Virus record (IMG/VR): IMGVR_UViG_3300025645_000055
Coordinates: 9,386 to 73,385 of that record
Length of the DNA: 64,000 bases
Source of the DNA: a virus
Direction: 5' to 3' (one strand)
A program made the position numbers and the translations under genes. Each line of letters begins with the position of its first letter. Within the stretch, counting starts at the first letter, position 1. The notes beneath the pieces are model-generated. The model did not search any database. It was not told where the DNA came from and saw only the letters and a list, made by a program, of their open reading frames with translations. Below are positions 55,805 through 64,000 of this stretch, piece after piece.

Positions 55805-55980
55805 GAATGAGTAATAGTAAACGTTATCGACTGCATAGAAAGGTAAGAGATGAAGGGTATAGGGTTGATGCTTATATCAGAACAGTATATACCCCTTGGA
55901 ATAGTGTAACAGTAACAGATAGTGTGAGGACCCTTATGGATATCTATCACTACTCACTTCAAACAGAAATAGTATAAATT

Positions 55981-56508
55981 ATGACAAAGACATTTACAAT
56001 AGAAAAAAAACAAATTGAATCCTATAAGATTCGTAATACCGATGGTGGATTTGCTTGGGCAGATATTACAATTGATGATAGTGGTGGTAAGAACGCTGGA
56101 AGAATACAAATAGCATCTGACTATGGTCAATGGCAAAACTATTGGGGGGCTTGTGGTACACCATTTAAGAAATTCTTAGGTCAATTAGATATCCATTATG
56201 CTGCTGGTAAGTTTGGTACTGGAAACCATTTTGACCACGATGCAACCATCAAAAATCTAGAAAATAGGGTTGATGAATATAGTGAAGATTATCCAGAGCT
56301 TAAATCTGTTCTATTAGAAGAATTAGATGTGTTAAGGGATGCATATAACATGAATGAGTTTGAAGCACAAATGTGGAATTGTGATAACATACTAAGTATG
56401 GAAGGTCACCAACCAGATATCATTAAATGTGTCGAACCAGGTTTCAGACGATTCTGGGAAGAAATTTGGCCAAGTTTTATTGAACACTTAAATACAGAAG
56501 ATGAATAA
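55981..56508 (+). CDS. Hypothetical phage protein
   Basis: 175-aa ORF. Confidence 0.7.
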   Translation: MTKTFTIEKKQIESYKIRNTDGGFAWADITIDDSGGKNAGRIQIASDYGQWQNYWGACGTPFKKFLGQLDIHYAAGKFGTGNHFDHDATIKNLENRVDEYSEDYPELKSVLLEELDVLRDAYNMNEFEAQMWNCDNILSMEGHQPDIIKCVEPGFRRFWEEIWPSFIEHLNTEDE

Positions 56509-56935
56509 ATATGAAGGTTCAAGGTTAGAAGCAATACACTCATTTGTTGTAATGCCAAAGGATTGTAACTTCAACAACAACACCGATAATAACGATAAGA
56601 ACGATATACTGTTCGGTGGTACGTTAATGTATAACATAGACTATTCTGGTGCTAAAATTGCCAGAAGAGCAACCTATGGTGTTGACTGTGATATGATTGT
56701 TACTGCATCTATGGATAGACTTAACTTTGAGAAACCAGCTTTCTTAGGTGATATTATTACAATGGTGGCAACTATCAAATCTCTAGGCACTAGTTCAATT
56801 AGTATAAGAGTTAAGGTAACAAGAGAAAGCCCAGTTGGTGATATGGAACAAATATGTTCTGCTAATATGACTTTCGTTACAATGAAACAAGGAAGACCAA
56901 CACCACATAAATTAAGTTTTAACAATTTAACATAA
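56501..56935 (+). CDS. Hotdog-fold acyl-CoA thioesterase (YciA-like)
   Basis: VMPKDCN..LFGG.LM..D, VTAS.D...F.KP...GD, GTSS, MTFV. Confidence 0.88.
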   Translation: MNKYEGSRLEAIHSFVVMPKDCNFNNNTDNNDKNDILFGGTLMYNIDYSGAKIARRATYGVDCDMIVTASMDRLNFEKPAFLGDIITMVATIKSLGTSSISIRVKVTRESPVGDMEQICSANMTFVTMKQGRPTPHKLSFNNLT

Positions 56936-56940
56936 ACAAT

Positions 56941-57159
56941 ATGGCACTACATAGACCAGATTATACAATGGAAAATGCACGTAAGGTGGTTGAAAACCTT
57001 GGTGATTCAGAAGAACATGAGGCTATTAAATATTATATCAAGAAAACAAAGGAGTGGACTGATAAGCAAGAGGTTAAATTAAAAGAATATGAATCATTCT
57101 TTAACTTAATGAAGAAGCTTTTACCAAGAAGCTTTAGCACTAATAGACCACTAATATAA
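56941..57159 (+). CDS. Hypothetical protein
   Basis: ORF in gene run. Confidence 0.6.
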   Translation: MALHRPDYTMENARKVVENLGDSEEHEAIKYYIKKTKEWTDKQEVKLKEYESFFNLMKKLLPRSFSTNRPLI

Positions 57160-57509
57160 TGGATAAGAAAGATATTAAAAATGGAAACCTGGTGTTTGAT
57201 AGAGATTCTGACACATACTGTAGAATCCAAGATGTTGGTAATGCAATAGAAAAGGGTGATAGAAATGAACATAATCTAAATAAAGAAGAATTATCATACA
57301 GTATTGTAGAGATTATTAGTGGTAAGGTACATGATGGTATATGTGAAAATTCTGGTATGACCGCACAATTTTTAAGACTTGTATCCAAACAAGAGGTTTC
57401 TATGGCATTTGAAAGACTACAAGCAAAATGTACAATAAAACTAGGTAAAGCTAAACGAAATCTACTCGATATCGAAGCTACAATTTTTGAATTTAATAAT
57501 AAACTATAA
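57159..57509 (+). CDS. Hypothetical protein
   Basis: Coupled ORF. Confidence 0.65.
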   Translation: MDKKDIKNGNLVFDRDSDTYCRIQDVGNAIEKGDRNEHNLNKEELSYSIVEIISGKVHDGICENSGMTAQFLRLVSKQEVSMAFERLQAKCTIKLGKAKRNLLDIEATIFEFNNKL

Positions 57510-57510
57510 T

Positions 57511-57732
57511 ATGGATAAAGTGTTAGGAATGTACGAAGTAACAACAACAAAATATAAGAGGTATTTTGTTATGGCAAATGGATATGATGATGCCAAAGAT
57601 AAAGTAGAAAATAGAATACTAGATGACGACACTGGTGGTAGTATATTAGATTCTGATGGTTCACTTAAAAGTGGATACACTTTAGATGTGGTTAATAATA
57701 TTAAATGTATAGGGGATGACTTTATACGATAA
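57511..57732 (+). CDS. Hypothetical protein
   Basis: Start moved to MDKVL. Confidence 0.6.
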   Translation: MDKVLGMYEVTTTKYKRYFVMANGYDDAKDKVENRILDDDTGGSILDSDGSLKSGYTLDVVNNIKCIGDDFIR

Positions 57733-57744
57733 AAGATAAAAATT

Positions 57745-58068
57745 ATGGATAAATTTGACAAATTAGTAAAAGAACTAAACGACCTACAGATTCACCAACA
57801 AAGTGGTGACTGGGCTGAAGACTTACCAGAAGAAATCTGGAATGAACACTTTAAAGATAATCATAACTTTGTTAAGTATGGACTGGACGTGGATAAACAT
57901 CGATGGTATGAACTATCAACACAAGTTGTTGAAATATATGGTAGACTATTAGGTGTAACATCAGTAACAGATACATCTGGTAATGGTGATGTTGGGGATA
58001 ATTACCATCACCTATACTTTAGAGAAATGGAAGAATTTACAACCATATCATATAAAGATAAAAAATAA
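57745..58068 (+). CDS. Hypothetical phage protein
   Basis: LDVDKHRWYE. Confidence 0.7.
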   Translation: MDKFDKLVKELNDLQIHQQSGDWAEDLPEEIWNEHFKDNHNFVKYGLDVDKHRWYELSTQVVEIYGRLLGVTSVTDTSGNGDVGDNYHHLYFREMEEFTTISYKDKK

Positions 58069-58141
58069 ATAAGGATTATTTGGTAATACCAAATAAAAGT
58101 TATATATTTGCTAAACATAATATAAATTAAAACTAAAACAA

Positions 58142-58762
58142 ATGAAAACATTTTTAACACTAATTATGATACTTTTAGTATCAACAGTGACATTATCACA
58201 AAGTTCATCAGTATTTGATGAAGTACTAGACACTGGTCAAGACCTTATCGGACTATCAAACTTAGCCGATATTGACACGATTAAAGACCTCTTTATTCAT
58301 TATACCAAAGAAGCAATTGAAGGGTCTAAGGATGCCGTTTCTAGTGGTGTAACACTTGTAGAGGATGCAGTTAATATGCTTATAGAAGAAAGTACCATTG
58401 TTGTTAGACAATTTATAATCTTTACTGCCATTAGCTTTGCAATCCCATTAGTATTTGGATTCCTATTACTATGGTTTGGTTTTAAGAAAGTATCAAAATA
58501 CTTCGTGACCCCACAATTGGTGGCAACACAATTTAATGAAGAAGCAGATAAAGAAGAAGTTGAATGGAGAAAAGAAAATAAATATATCCTATATATGGGT
58601 AACTACTTTAGAAACAAGTTAACACTAATAGGTTTTAAAACCACACAATTTGGAATATATGCATGTGGTGGACTATTAATTGGTGCGAACCTTATGTCCT
58701 TTATTAAGGTGACATTCTTTAGTAAATTGTATTTAGTTGAATTATTAACTCAATACCTATAA
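58142..58762 (+). CDS. Membrane protein with a signal peptide
   Basis: Signal peptide plus two TMs; follows a promoter. Confidence 0.7.
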   Translation: MKTFLTLIMILLVSTVTLSQSSSVFDEVLDTGQDLIGLSNLADIDTIKDLFIHYTKEAIEGSKDAVSSGVTLVEDAVNMLIEESTIVVRQFIIFTAISFAIPLVFGFLLLWFGFKKVSKYFVTPQLVATQFNEEADKEEVEWRKENKYILYMGNYFRNKLTLIGFKTTQFGIYACGGLLIGANLMSFIKVTFFSKLYLVELLTQYL

Positions 58763-58765
58763 AAA

Positions 58766-59587
58766 ATGTCTAGAACATCAAATAAACTATATAAGCACAA
58801 AAATGATGTGTTGAATAGAAAAGAAGAAAGTGTTGGTGTTGCCAACAAAGAAGAACTATTACTTCTTTCTGCACCAAAAGAAACTGATATTGTGTTTGAT
58901 TCTTTACACATTAGAAGTCTAAGTGACTTTGCAGCAGAACAAATGAAAGATACTATCGAAATAGATACTGTATCTAAATTGTATAATGGGGCTGAAACCT
59001 TTAAAGGGTCACACCTTAAGACAATCTGTAATAAATACTTCCTAGCAGTTGTATCTATTGATACTTTCAAAGGTATATTTCCAGACGATGCTGCCAAAGC
59101 AATCCTAGACTTCACAAAGGCTAATAAGTCTACTATGTTATCAACTAGTAGATTATACATCATGACCCATAAAAAGTGGTTTAGAAAGTCTATGAGTGAT
59201 AAACTAATCAAAGATGCTTTCATTATCTTTTATAAAGAAAATAATAACGATGAGAGAGGAAATGGTATGTATATAATGGATGATAGTAATGCAACCCAAA
59301 TTTATTCATCGGGTAATGACTTCTCTGAGTTTAATAAGGTTACTAAGTATTTTACACTTGAGGGGTTTTGGAATGAATCAGACCTAGCAGTAGGATATGC
59401 AAATTATGCAATGATATTCATATATACAATACTAATGTTTTTTGCTATATATAATACATCATTTGGTGCTATTTTAATAATCAACCTAGTGTTTTTATTT
59501 GGTGCAATAAGGTTTAATTTTAAAGCCGAGTATAAAAAATATTGGAATTCAATCCCTAAAGAAAGAGGTTATGATGAAGTATCTTAA
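58766..59587 (+). CDS. Hypothetical membrane protein
   Basis: C-terminal TMs. Confidence 0.7.
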   Translation: MSRTSNKLYKHKNDVLNRKEESVGVANKEELLLLSAPKETDIVFDSLHIRSLSDFAAEQMKDTIEIDTVSKLYNGAETFKGSHLKTICNKYFLAVVSIDTFKGIFPDDAAKAILDFTKANKSTMLSTSRLYIMTHKKWFRKSMSDKLIKDAFIIFYKENNNDERGNGMYIMDDSNATQIYSSGNDFSEFNKVTKYFTLEGFWNESDLAVGYANYAMIFIYTILMFFAIYNTSFGAILIINLVFLFGAIRFNFKAEYKKYWNSIPKERGYDEVS

Positions 59588-59864
59588 CATATCAACAATA
59601 CTTATATTGGTTGTAGTAGCAACCATCGCACTACCTTGGTATCTAGCACCAAACGAACCTTACTACGATATTGTAGATACAAAAGAATATCTATCATTTG
59701 AGGATGCAAATTCTCTTCTTGTGAAACCACTAAATGAAGATAATGATTATTATTATACAGAATCTAGAACTTATGAGAAAAAAAGAGGTAAGTTTCCATT
59801 TGTGTATGATAAGAAACAAATAACAAAAACACCAAGGTCTTATTGGTCAAGTAGTAAGAAATAA
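59571..59864 (+). CDS. Membrane-anchored hypothetical protein
   Basis: N-terminal TM. Confidence 0.6.
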   Translation: MMKYLNISTILILVVVATIALPWYLAPNEPYYDIVDTKEYLSFEDANSLLVKPLNEDNDYYYTESRTYEKKRGKFPFVYDKKQITKTPRSYWSSSKK

Positions 59865-59867
59865 ATT

Positions 59868-60293
59868 ATGGAAAATTATTATCTGTTTGGAGTAGACGGT
59901 TCAATGAATAAATTGGTTAAAACACCAGAGGAAATGTTAGAGTTCTTTAGTATAAATAATATACCAAAGATTTATAAACATCAATATTTCCAACTGGTGT
60001 TAACTGACCAATTAAACAATCTTATGGATTTAGGATTACTTGGTGGTGATAGAGTACCAGATGAAAAAATAATTGGTGCTGAGAACCTAAAAAACATTAT
60101 AGAAGAACACCTAGACTATACACTAGGTGAAGATGTTGTTGATGGTTTAAAAGCTGAACTAGAGGTTAAATGGCAAGTTACATTTAATGACGAAGATATA
60201 CCACAAGAGATACTAGATAAGACAAACGAAATGTTTGATGACTTAAATATAGAAACGGAAGAAGAGATTGTTCCACCAAAAATGTTCCCATAA
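59868..60293 (+). CDS. Hypothetical protein
   Basis: 141-aa ORF. Confidence 0.7.
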   Translation: MENYYLFGVDGSMNKLVKTPEEMLEFFSINNIPKIYKHQYFQLVLTDQLNNLMDLGLLGGDRVPDEKIIGAENLKNIIEEHLDYTLGEDVVDGLKAELEVKWQVTFNDEDIPQEILDKTNEMFDDLNIETEEEIVPPKMFP

Positions 60294-60579
60294 TGATACT
60301 AATAGAATTAGCGGCTGAATTAATGATGGCTGGTGCTGAATCAAAATCTAAAGGTGGATGTATATTCGCAGTGATTATACTTCTCCTAACAATAGGTGGG
60401 TGCATATTATATTTCAATTATGTTGAATAATATTTGGTAGTTAAATTTATTTGACCTATATTTGTAATCTAAAATAAAAACATATGGATTTTACAGTAAA
60501 TAAAAGAGGTCAATATTATAGGTGACATTAGAGAAAGCAGAAAAACTATTAGAAGAACTAATTAAATTAAGAAAATAAA

Positions 60580-60825
60580 ATGGAAGCAATAGAAAACTAT
60601 AATAAAAAAGAATTCTTAGCAAAAGAAAGTATTACCTCAATGGGTGCCATCTTTTGTAAAAAATATGATGATGGTATAGCCATTGTAAGAATAAGCGATT
60701 GCCATAGAAGCATTAAACTGTGGAATAACCTAAATGAAATAGGTGCAAAAGAAGAAATGCTAGAAAAATTAGAAACCCTAGAAAGAAATATAATAGAATT
60801 TAAAATCTTTATTAAAAATCAATAA
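60580..60825 (+). CDS. Hypothetical protein
   Basis: ORF in gene run. Confidence 0.6.
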   Translation: MEAIENYNKKEFLAKESITSMGAIFCKKYDDGIAIVRISDCHRSIKLWNNLNEIGAKEEMLEKLETLERNIIEFKIFIKNQ

Positions 60826-61005
60826 AATAAAGTGGTACTTAAATCAATATACTAATGGCAACATATAAAAAAAGATTAGATAGACTAAAACCACGTTATC
60901 CAAATAACGAAGATGACAAACCAAAATTCGTTTGGTTAAAAAGTAATAAATTTAACCTACTAGTTGGTATTTTAATAGGTTTAATAATAGGTTTAATAAT
61001 ATAAT

Positions 61006-61194
61006 ATGGGAAATAAAACAAAAGCATATAGTAATTTAATAATTGGGTTGGTGGGATTCTTTATGCTAGGTGCATATGCAACTTCTCAATTCAAATTTGA
61101 TGAACCCGTTGAAATATTTAGATGGTGTTTAACTGGTGGTTTCGCAGTTATCTTTATTGGTATGGCTATTAACCAATTTAAACAAACTAAATGA
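61006..61194 (+). CDS. Small two-TM protein
   Basis: Hydrophobic. Confidence 0.55.
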   Translation: MGNKTKAYSNLIIGLVGFFMLGAYATSQFKFDEPVEIFRWCLTGGFAVIFIGMAINQFKQTK

Positions 61195-61595
61195 CCAAAA
61201 AGAAAAATGATAGTGAATTAATTGAAACCACAATAGGTTTCGATACCGCAAAATTAGCCAACGAAAGAGGTTTCATATGTAAGAGTAGTATGTGTGATGA
61301 AATATACCTAGAAGATGGTACTAAACATTGGAATCTAGGTACACCACTTAAGGATTGGGATGCACCAGCACCAATAACATATCAAGCACCAACACAAGCT
61401 CTGCTACAAAGATGGCTTAGAGAAGAACATAATATCCACCTTAACCCAGATGTGGCAAACCTATACCCCAAAACTACATATCATAGTAGCATATATTATG
61501 AGGGATATAGAACGTGGGTGGAAAAAGAATATAATAGCTATGAAGGTGCATTCGAAAATGGACTCCAAGCTGCACTAAAATTTATGAAAACATGA
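61191..61595 (+). CDS. Hypothetical Bacteroidota-phage-type protein
   Basis: F.TAKLA.E.GF..APTQALLQRWLRE.H..YE.A.E.GL..AL. Confidence 0.75.
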   Translation: MTKKKNDSELIETTIGFDTAKLANERGFICKSSMCDEIYLEDGTKHWNLGTPLKDWDAPAPITYQAPTQALLQRWLREEHNIHLNPDVANLYPKTTYHSSIYYEGYRTWVEKEYNSYEGAFENGLQAALKFMKT

Positions 61596-61786
61596 AAGGA
61601 AAATATATACTGGTTTCAGAAGATGGTAAAGACTTCTATAAAGATAAAGATGATAAATTAATATTACTTGATGATTTAAGTTATGCATGTAATATGATGG
61701 GGATGCTTGAAGTAGATGGATATGTATGTGAAATCAAACATCACCACATAGAAAGTGAATTGAGTGGTAATGATAAAAATATTTGA
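61592..61786 (+). CDS. Hypothetical protein
   Basis: Coupled ORF. Confidence 0.55.
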   Translation: MKGKYILVSEDGKDFYKDKDDKLILLDDLSYACNMMGMLEVDGYVCEIKHHHIESELSGNDKNI

Positions 61787-61787
61787 G

Positions 61788-62048
61788 ATGAACGTAGTTA
61801 AAAGAAGAATCAAGTCTTGGTGTAGATACTGGCATTATAATGTGACTGGTGTGTTGCGTGATAACGAAGGGCATTCAAACTACCTAAACGTTATATCTAA
61901 CTTAGACGATTGGCACAATACAAATGCTTGGGGTATAGATGATGAAAATGACTTAGATGAAGCTTGGAAAATAGTGCTACAAAATATTGGTAAATGTAAC
62001 GAAGAACAACTTAGTGTGTTAGAAAGGTTGTGCTCAACTAAAAATTAA
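61788..62048 (+). CDS. Hypothetical protein
   Basis: Start moved to MNVVK. Confidence 0.55.
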   Translation: MNVVKRRIKSWCRYWHYNVTGVLRDNEGHSNYLNVISNLDDWHNTNAWGIDDENDLDEAWKIVLQNIGKCNEEQLSVLERLCSTKN

Positions 62049-62052
62049 AATA

Positions 62053-62334
62053 ATGAGGAACATTAAATACCATAGCGAAAGAGAAGACCAAGTTGAAAAA
62101 GAAATTGATAACCTATTTACCATCGGTAAATGGATTAGGTCTTGTGAAACCCTTGAACAACTAAATACTATAGATGACTTCTTAAGTAACTATTGTAAAC
62201 GAACTGGAAAATGGTATCACTCAGAATTATCAGCACTAAACTATCACCTGGGTATCATAGATGGATTCTATATGTCAATGGTGGATAAACTAAAACCTAA
62301 AGATGAAAAAACTACCTTGGAAATGGACAGTTGA
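62053..62334 (+). CDS. Hypothetical protein
   Basis: ORF in gene run. Confidence 0.6.
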   Translation: MRNIKYHSEREDQVEKEIDNLFTIGKWIRSCETLEQLNTIDDFLSNYCKRTGKWYHSELSALNYHLGIIDGFYMSMVDKLKPKDEKTTLEMDS

Positions 62335-62396
62335 AGAAGCTGTTGAATTTATAAAATAAATTTGGTAGTGTCAATTCTTTTAACTATATTTGTAAT

Positions 62397-62672
62397 ATGA
62401 AAACATTTGAAAACTTAACAATAGACGGATACGATGGAAAATATGACTTCGAGGTATATGATAACACAGAAATAATAAACATTGGGGATGAATTTATATT
62501 CTTCTTCGCTGGTATCGTGGATGTACAAGTTTGTATTGGTGAGAATATGAAAGAAGAAATAAACCCAAATGATAGAGTCTATGACCATACTAAAATTGAC
62601 CTAACGACTGGCTTCTGGATGAAGTGCTATAAGATAAAGAATACTAACTTTGACCTAAGTAAAATACACTAG
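62397..62672 (+). CDS. Hypothetical protein
   Basis: Follows a promoter. Confidence 0.65.
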   Translation: MKTFENLTIDGYDGKYDFEVYDNTEIINIGDEFIFFFAGIVDVQVCIGENMKEEINPNDRVYDHTKIDLTTGFWMKCYKIKNTNFDLSKIH

Positions 62673-62674
62673 AT

Positions 62675-62869
62675 ATGATAACACTAATAATAATAATTCT
62701 AACATTTCTCGCAACCATATACTATGCTGTGATAATAGCAACCTTTATAATGGGTGACTATGAATCTAACGACACCCTAATAACACCCAAAGACTTTGCA
62801 TTAGCATTAATACCATTCTACCATTGGATTTATTTAATAGTAAGAAGGTTTAAAGAACTTAACTCATGA
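62675..62869 (+). CDS. Small membrane protein
   Basis: Hydrophobic. Confidence 0.55.
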   Translation: MITLIIIILTFLATIYYAVIIATFIMGDYESNDTLITPKDFALALIPFYHWIYLIVRRFKELNS

Positions 62870-63040
62870 ATAAAGAAGAAATAAATGTAGAAAGGGGTTG
62901 GACTAAAATGATATTAAATTCTTTTTATGGTTTCCCACCAATTGTATTATCACCATTTGTGTTCTTCGATGAAAATAAAGCACTTCAAATTACTGAAGAA
63001 GGTAAAAAGAATTTAAGATTGATACAAAAAACACGTAAAA

Positions 63041-63370
63041 ATGAACGATAAGAAAGAAGCAAGCGATGCTATAATTGATGGGATGATGTGGAAACTTAAA
63101 ACACACGCACTACTCAAAGGCCTTAAAGCTGAAAAAATTGACGAGTTTATGACCAAGGCTACAGAAATTGATAACTATGAAAGCTATGGTGAAACATATT
63201 TTAACATTGTATTCAAAATCAAACAAGAACTAGATTGTGTGAGAGGATTCATTAGAAGTAAACACCTATCAAGTGAACTAAGTGAATGGATTGAAGTGTG
63301 GCTGGAAACTAGAAATGATATCTTTGAAGATGAAGAAGATGAAGACGTAAATGTAGATTCCGATGACTAA
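63041..63370 (+). CDS. Hypothetical protein with an acidic tail
   Basis: 109-aa ORF. Confidence 0.65.
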   Translation: MNDKKEASDAIIDGMMWKLKTHALLKGLKAEKIDEFMTKATEIDNYESYGETYFNIVFKIKQELDCVRGFIRSKHLSSELSEWIEVWLETRNDIFEDEEDEDVNVDSDD

Positions 63371-63463
63371 TAAAAAACAATTTGAACCTTGTGATAAATG
63401 TGGAGAAGCATGTTACGGAACATGTAATACCCACTCTAACTTTATCGATAAAGACTTCCCGAT

Positions 63464-63874
63464 ATGAACAGAACAAACCAAGAGTGTAGAGACTTAATAG
63501 ATGAAACCGTGGCTTACTATAGTGCTGATACAAGTAAACGTGGACTCTTAAATATTGGTGATGATATTATCGCATTCACCAATGGTAACTGTACATACTT
63601 TAATGATGATACGGGTAACATGTGTGCTGTGGGTAGATGTATGATTGCACCAGATAAACTTAATAGTATAGAAAGAACACATAGTGTTGATGTATTTGAT
63701 AACCTAGACTCTTACCTTAAAGATGAATATAAAGGATATGATATGTTATTCTGGGGTAGATTACAATGGTTACATGATAATACCCAAAATTGGGATGAAA
63801 AATCTATTACCGAAGATGGAAAAGAGTGTGTAAAAATACTTAAAGCAAAATACCCCGTAGCAATTGAATTATGA
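63464..63874 (+). CDS. Hypothetical phage protein
   Basis: C.Y....G.MCAVG.C..LQ.LHD. Confidence 0.7.
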   Translation: MNRTNQECRDLIDETVAYYSADTSKRGLLNIGDDIIAFTNGNCTYFNDDTGNMCAVGRCMIAPDKLNSIERTHSVDVFDNLDSYLKDEYKGYDMLFWGRLQWLHDNTQNWDEKSITEDGKECVKILKAKYPVAIEL

Positions 63875-64000
63875 CCAACGAAAAACGAAAAGTGTTGTGA
63901 AGTAAAGTAGCAACACGCCCTTTTTTTAAATCAAATAATATGAAAACAAAATCAATAATAGCATTAGCAGTAGTAATTATACTATCAACAACCTCAACAC

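Noticed and set aside
749-63533. Minus-strand ORFs in the track other than 35489-36364
   Set aside because: They are shadows of plus-strand genes or tRNAs (for example 11955-12164 and 12171-12383) with no recognisable motifs.
1-64000. Stop-codon reassignment (TAG or TGA), as in some large Bacteroidota phages
   Set aside because: Known genes are full length in code 11, TAG and TGA end genes at sensible points, and no intact suppressor tRNA was seen.
1-64000. Bacterial chromosome origin
   Set aside because: Host-like genes are isolated among many short orphan ORFs on one strand, with no housekeeping operons. This fits a large phage, although no capsid or terminase gene is in the window to prove it.

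Overview
This AT-rich, almost entirely plus-strand window looks like a segment of a large (jumbo-type) phage genome infecting Bacteroidota, probably Flavobacteriaceae. Evidence: about 20 host-type TTG-N~20-TAnnTTTG promoters, SD-less A-rich starts, a T9SS-sorted protein, and dense small orphan genes. No structural genes are in view. Layout: (i) 1-8.3 kb, envelope operon (ABC substrate-binding/OmpA fusion, permease, ATPase, beta-barrel, T9SS-CTD surface protein). (ii) 9.3-14.5 kb, RNA island: tandem promoters with boxA-like sites, a ~980-nt GOLLD-like RNA enclosing a tRNA-like element, several tRNA-like RNA families, and ~17 tRNAs limited to Pro, Gln, Tyr, Lys, Thr and Gly, many with unusual extra arms. 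(iii) 14.5-45 kb, auxiliary and counter-defence genes (Acb1-like 2H phosphoesterase, NadM-Nudix plus Nampt, Sir2, NADAR, KptA, Thg1, two Dcm, RNase R, two sigma factors, lysozyme) and a ~195-nt minimal RNase P RNA. (iv) 45-64 kb, small hypothetical genes. Top finding: a leader peptide/terminator attenuator directly upstream of the tRNA array. Its 15 consecutive codons (YTTTYQKQYPQGGKP) use only the six amino acids whose tRNAs follow, which suggests a sensor of tRNA depletion that switches on replacement tRNAs. All assignments were made by eye; no searches were run.
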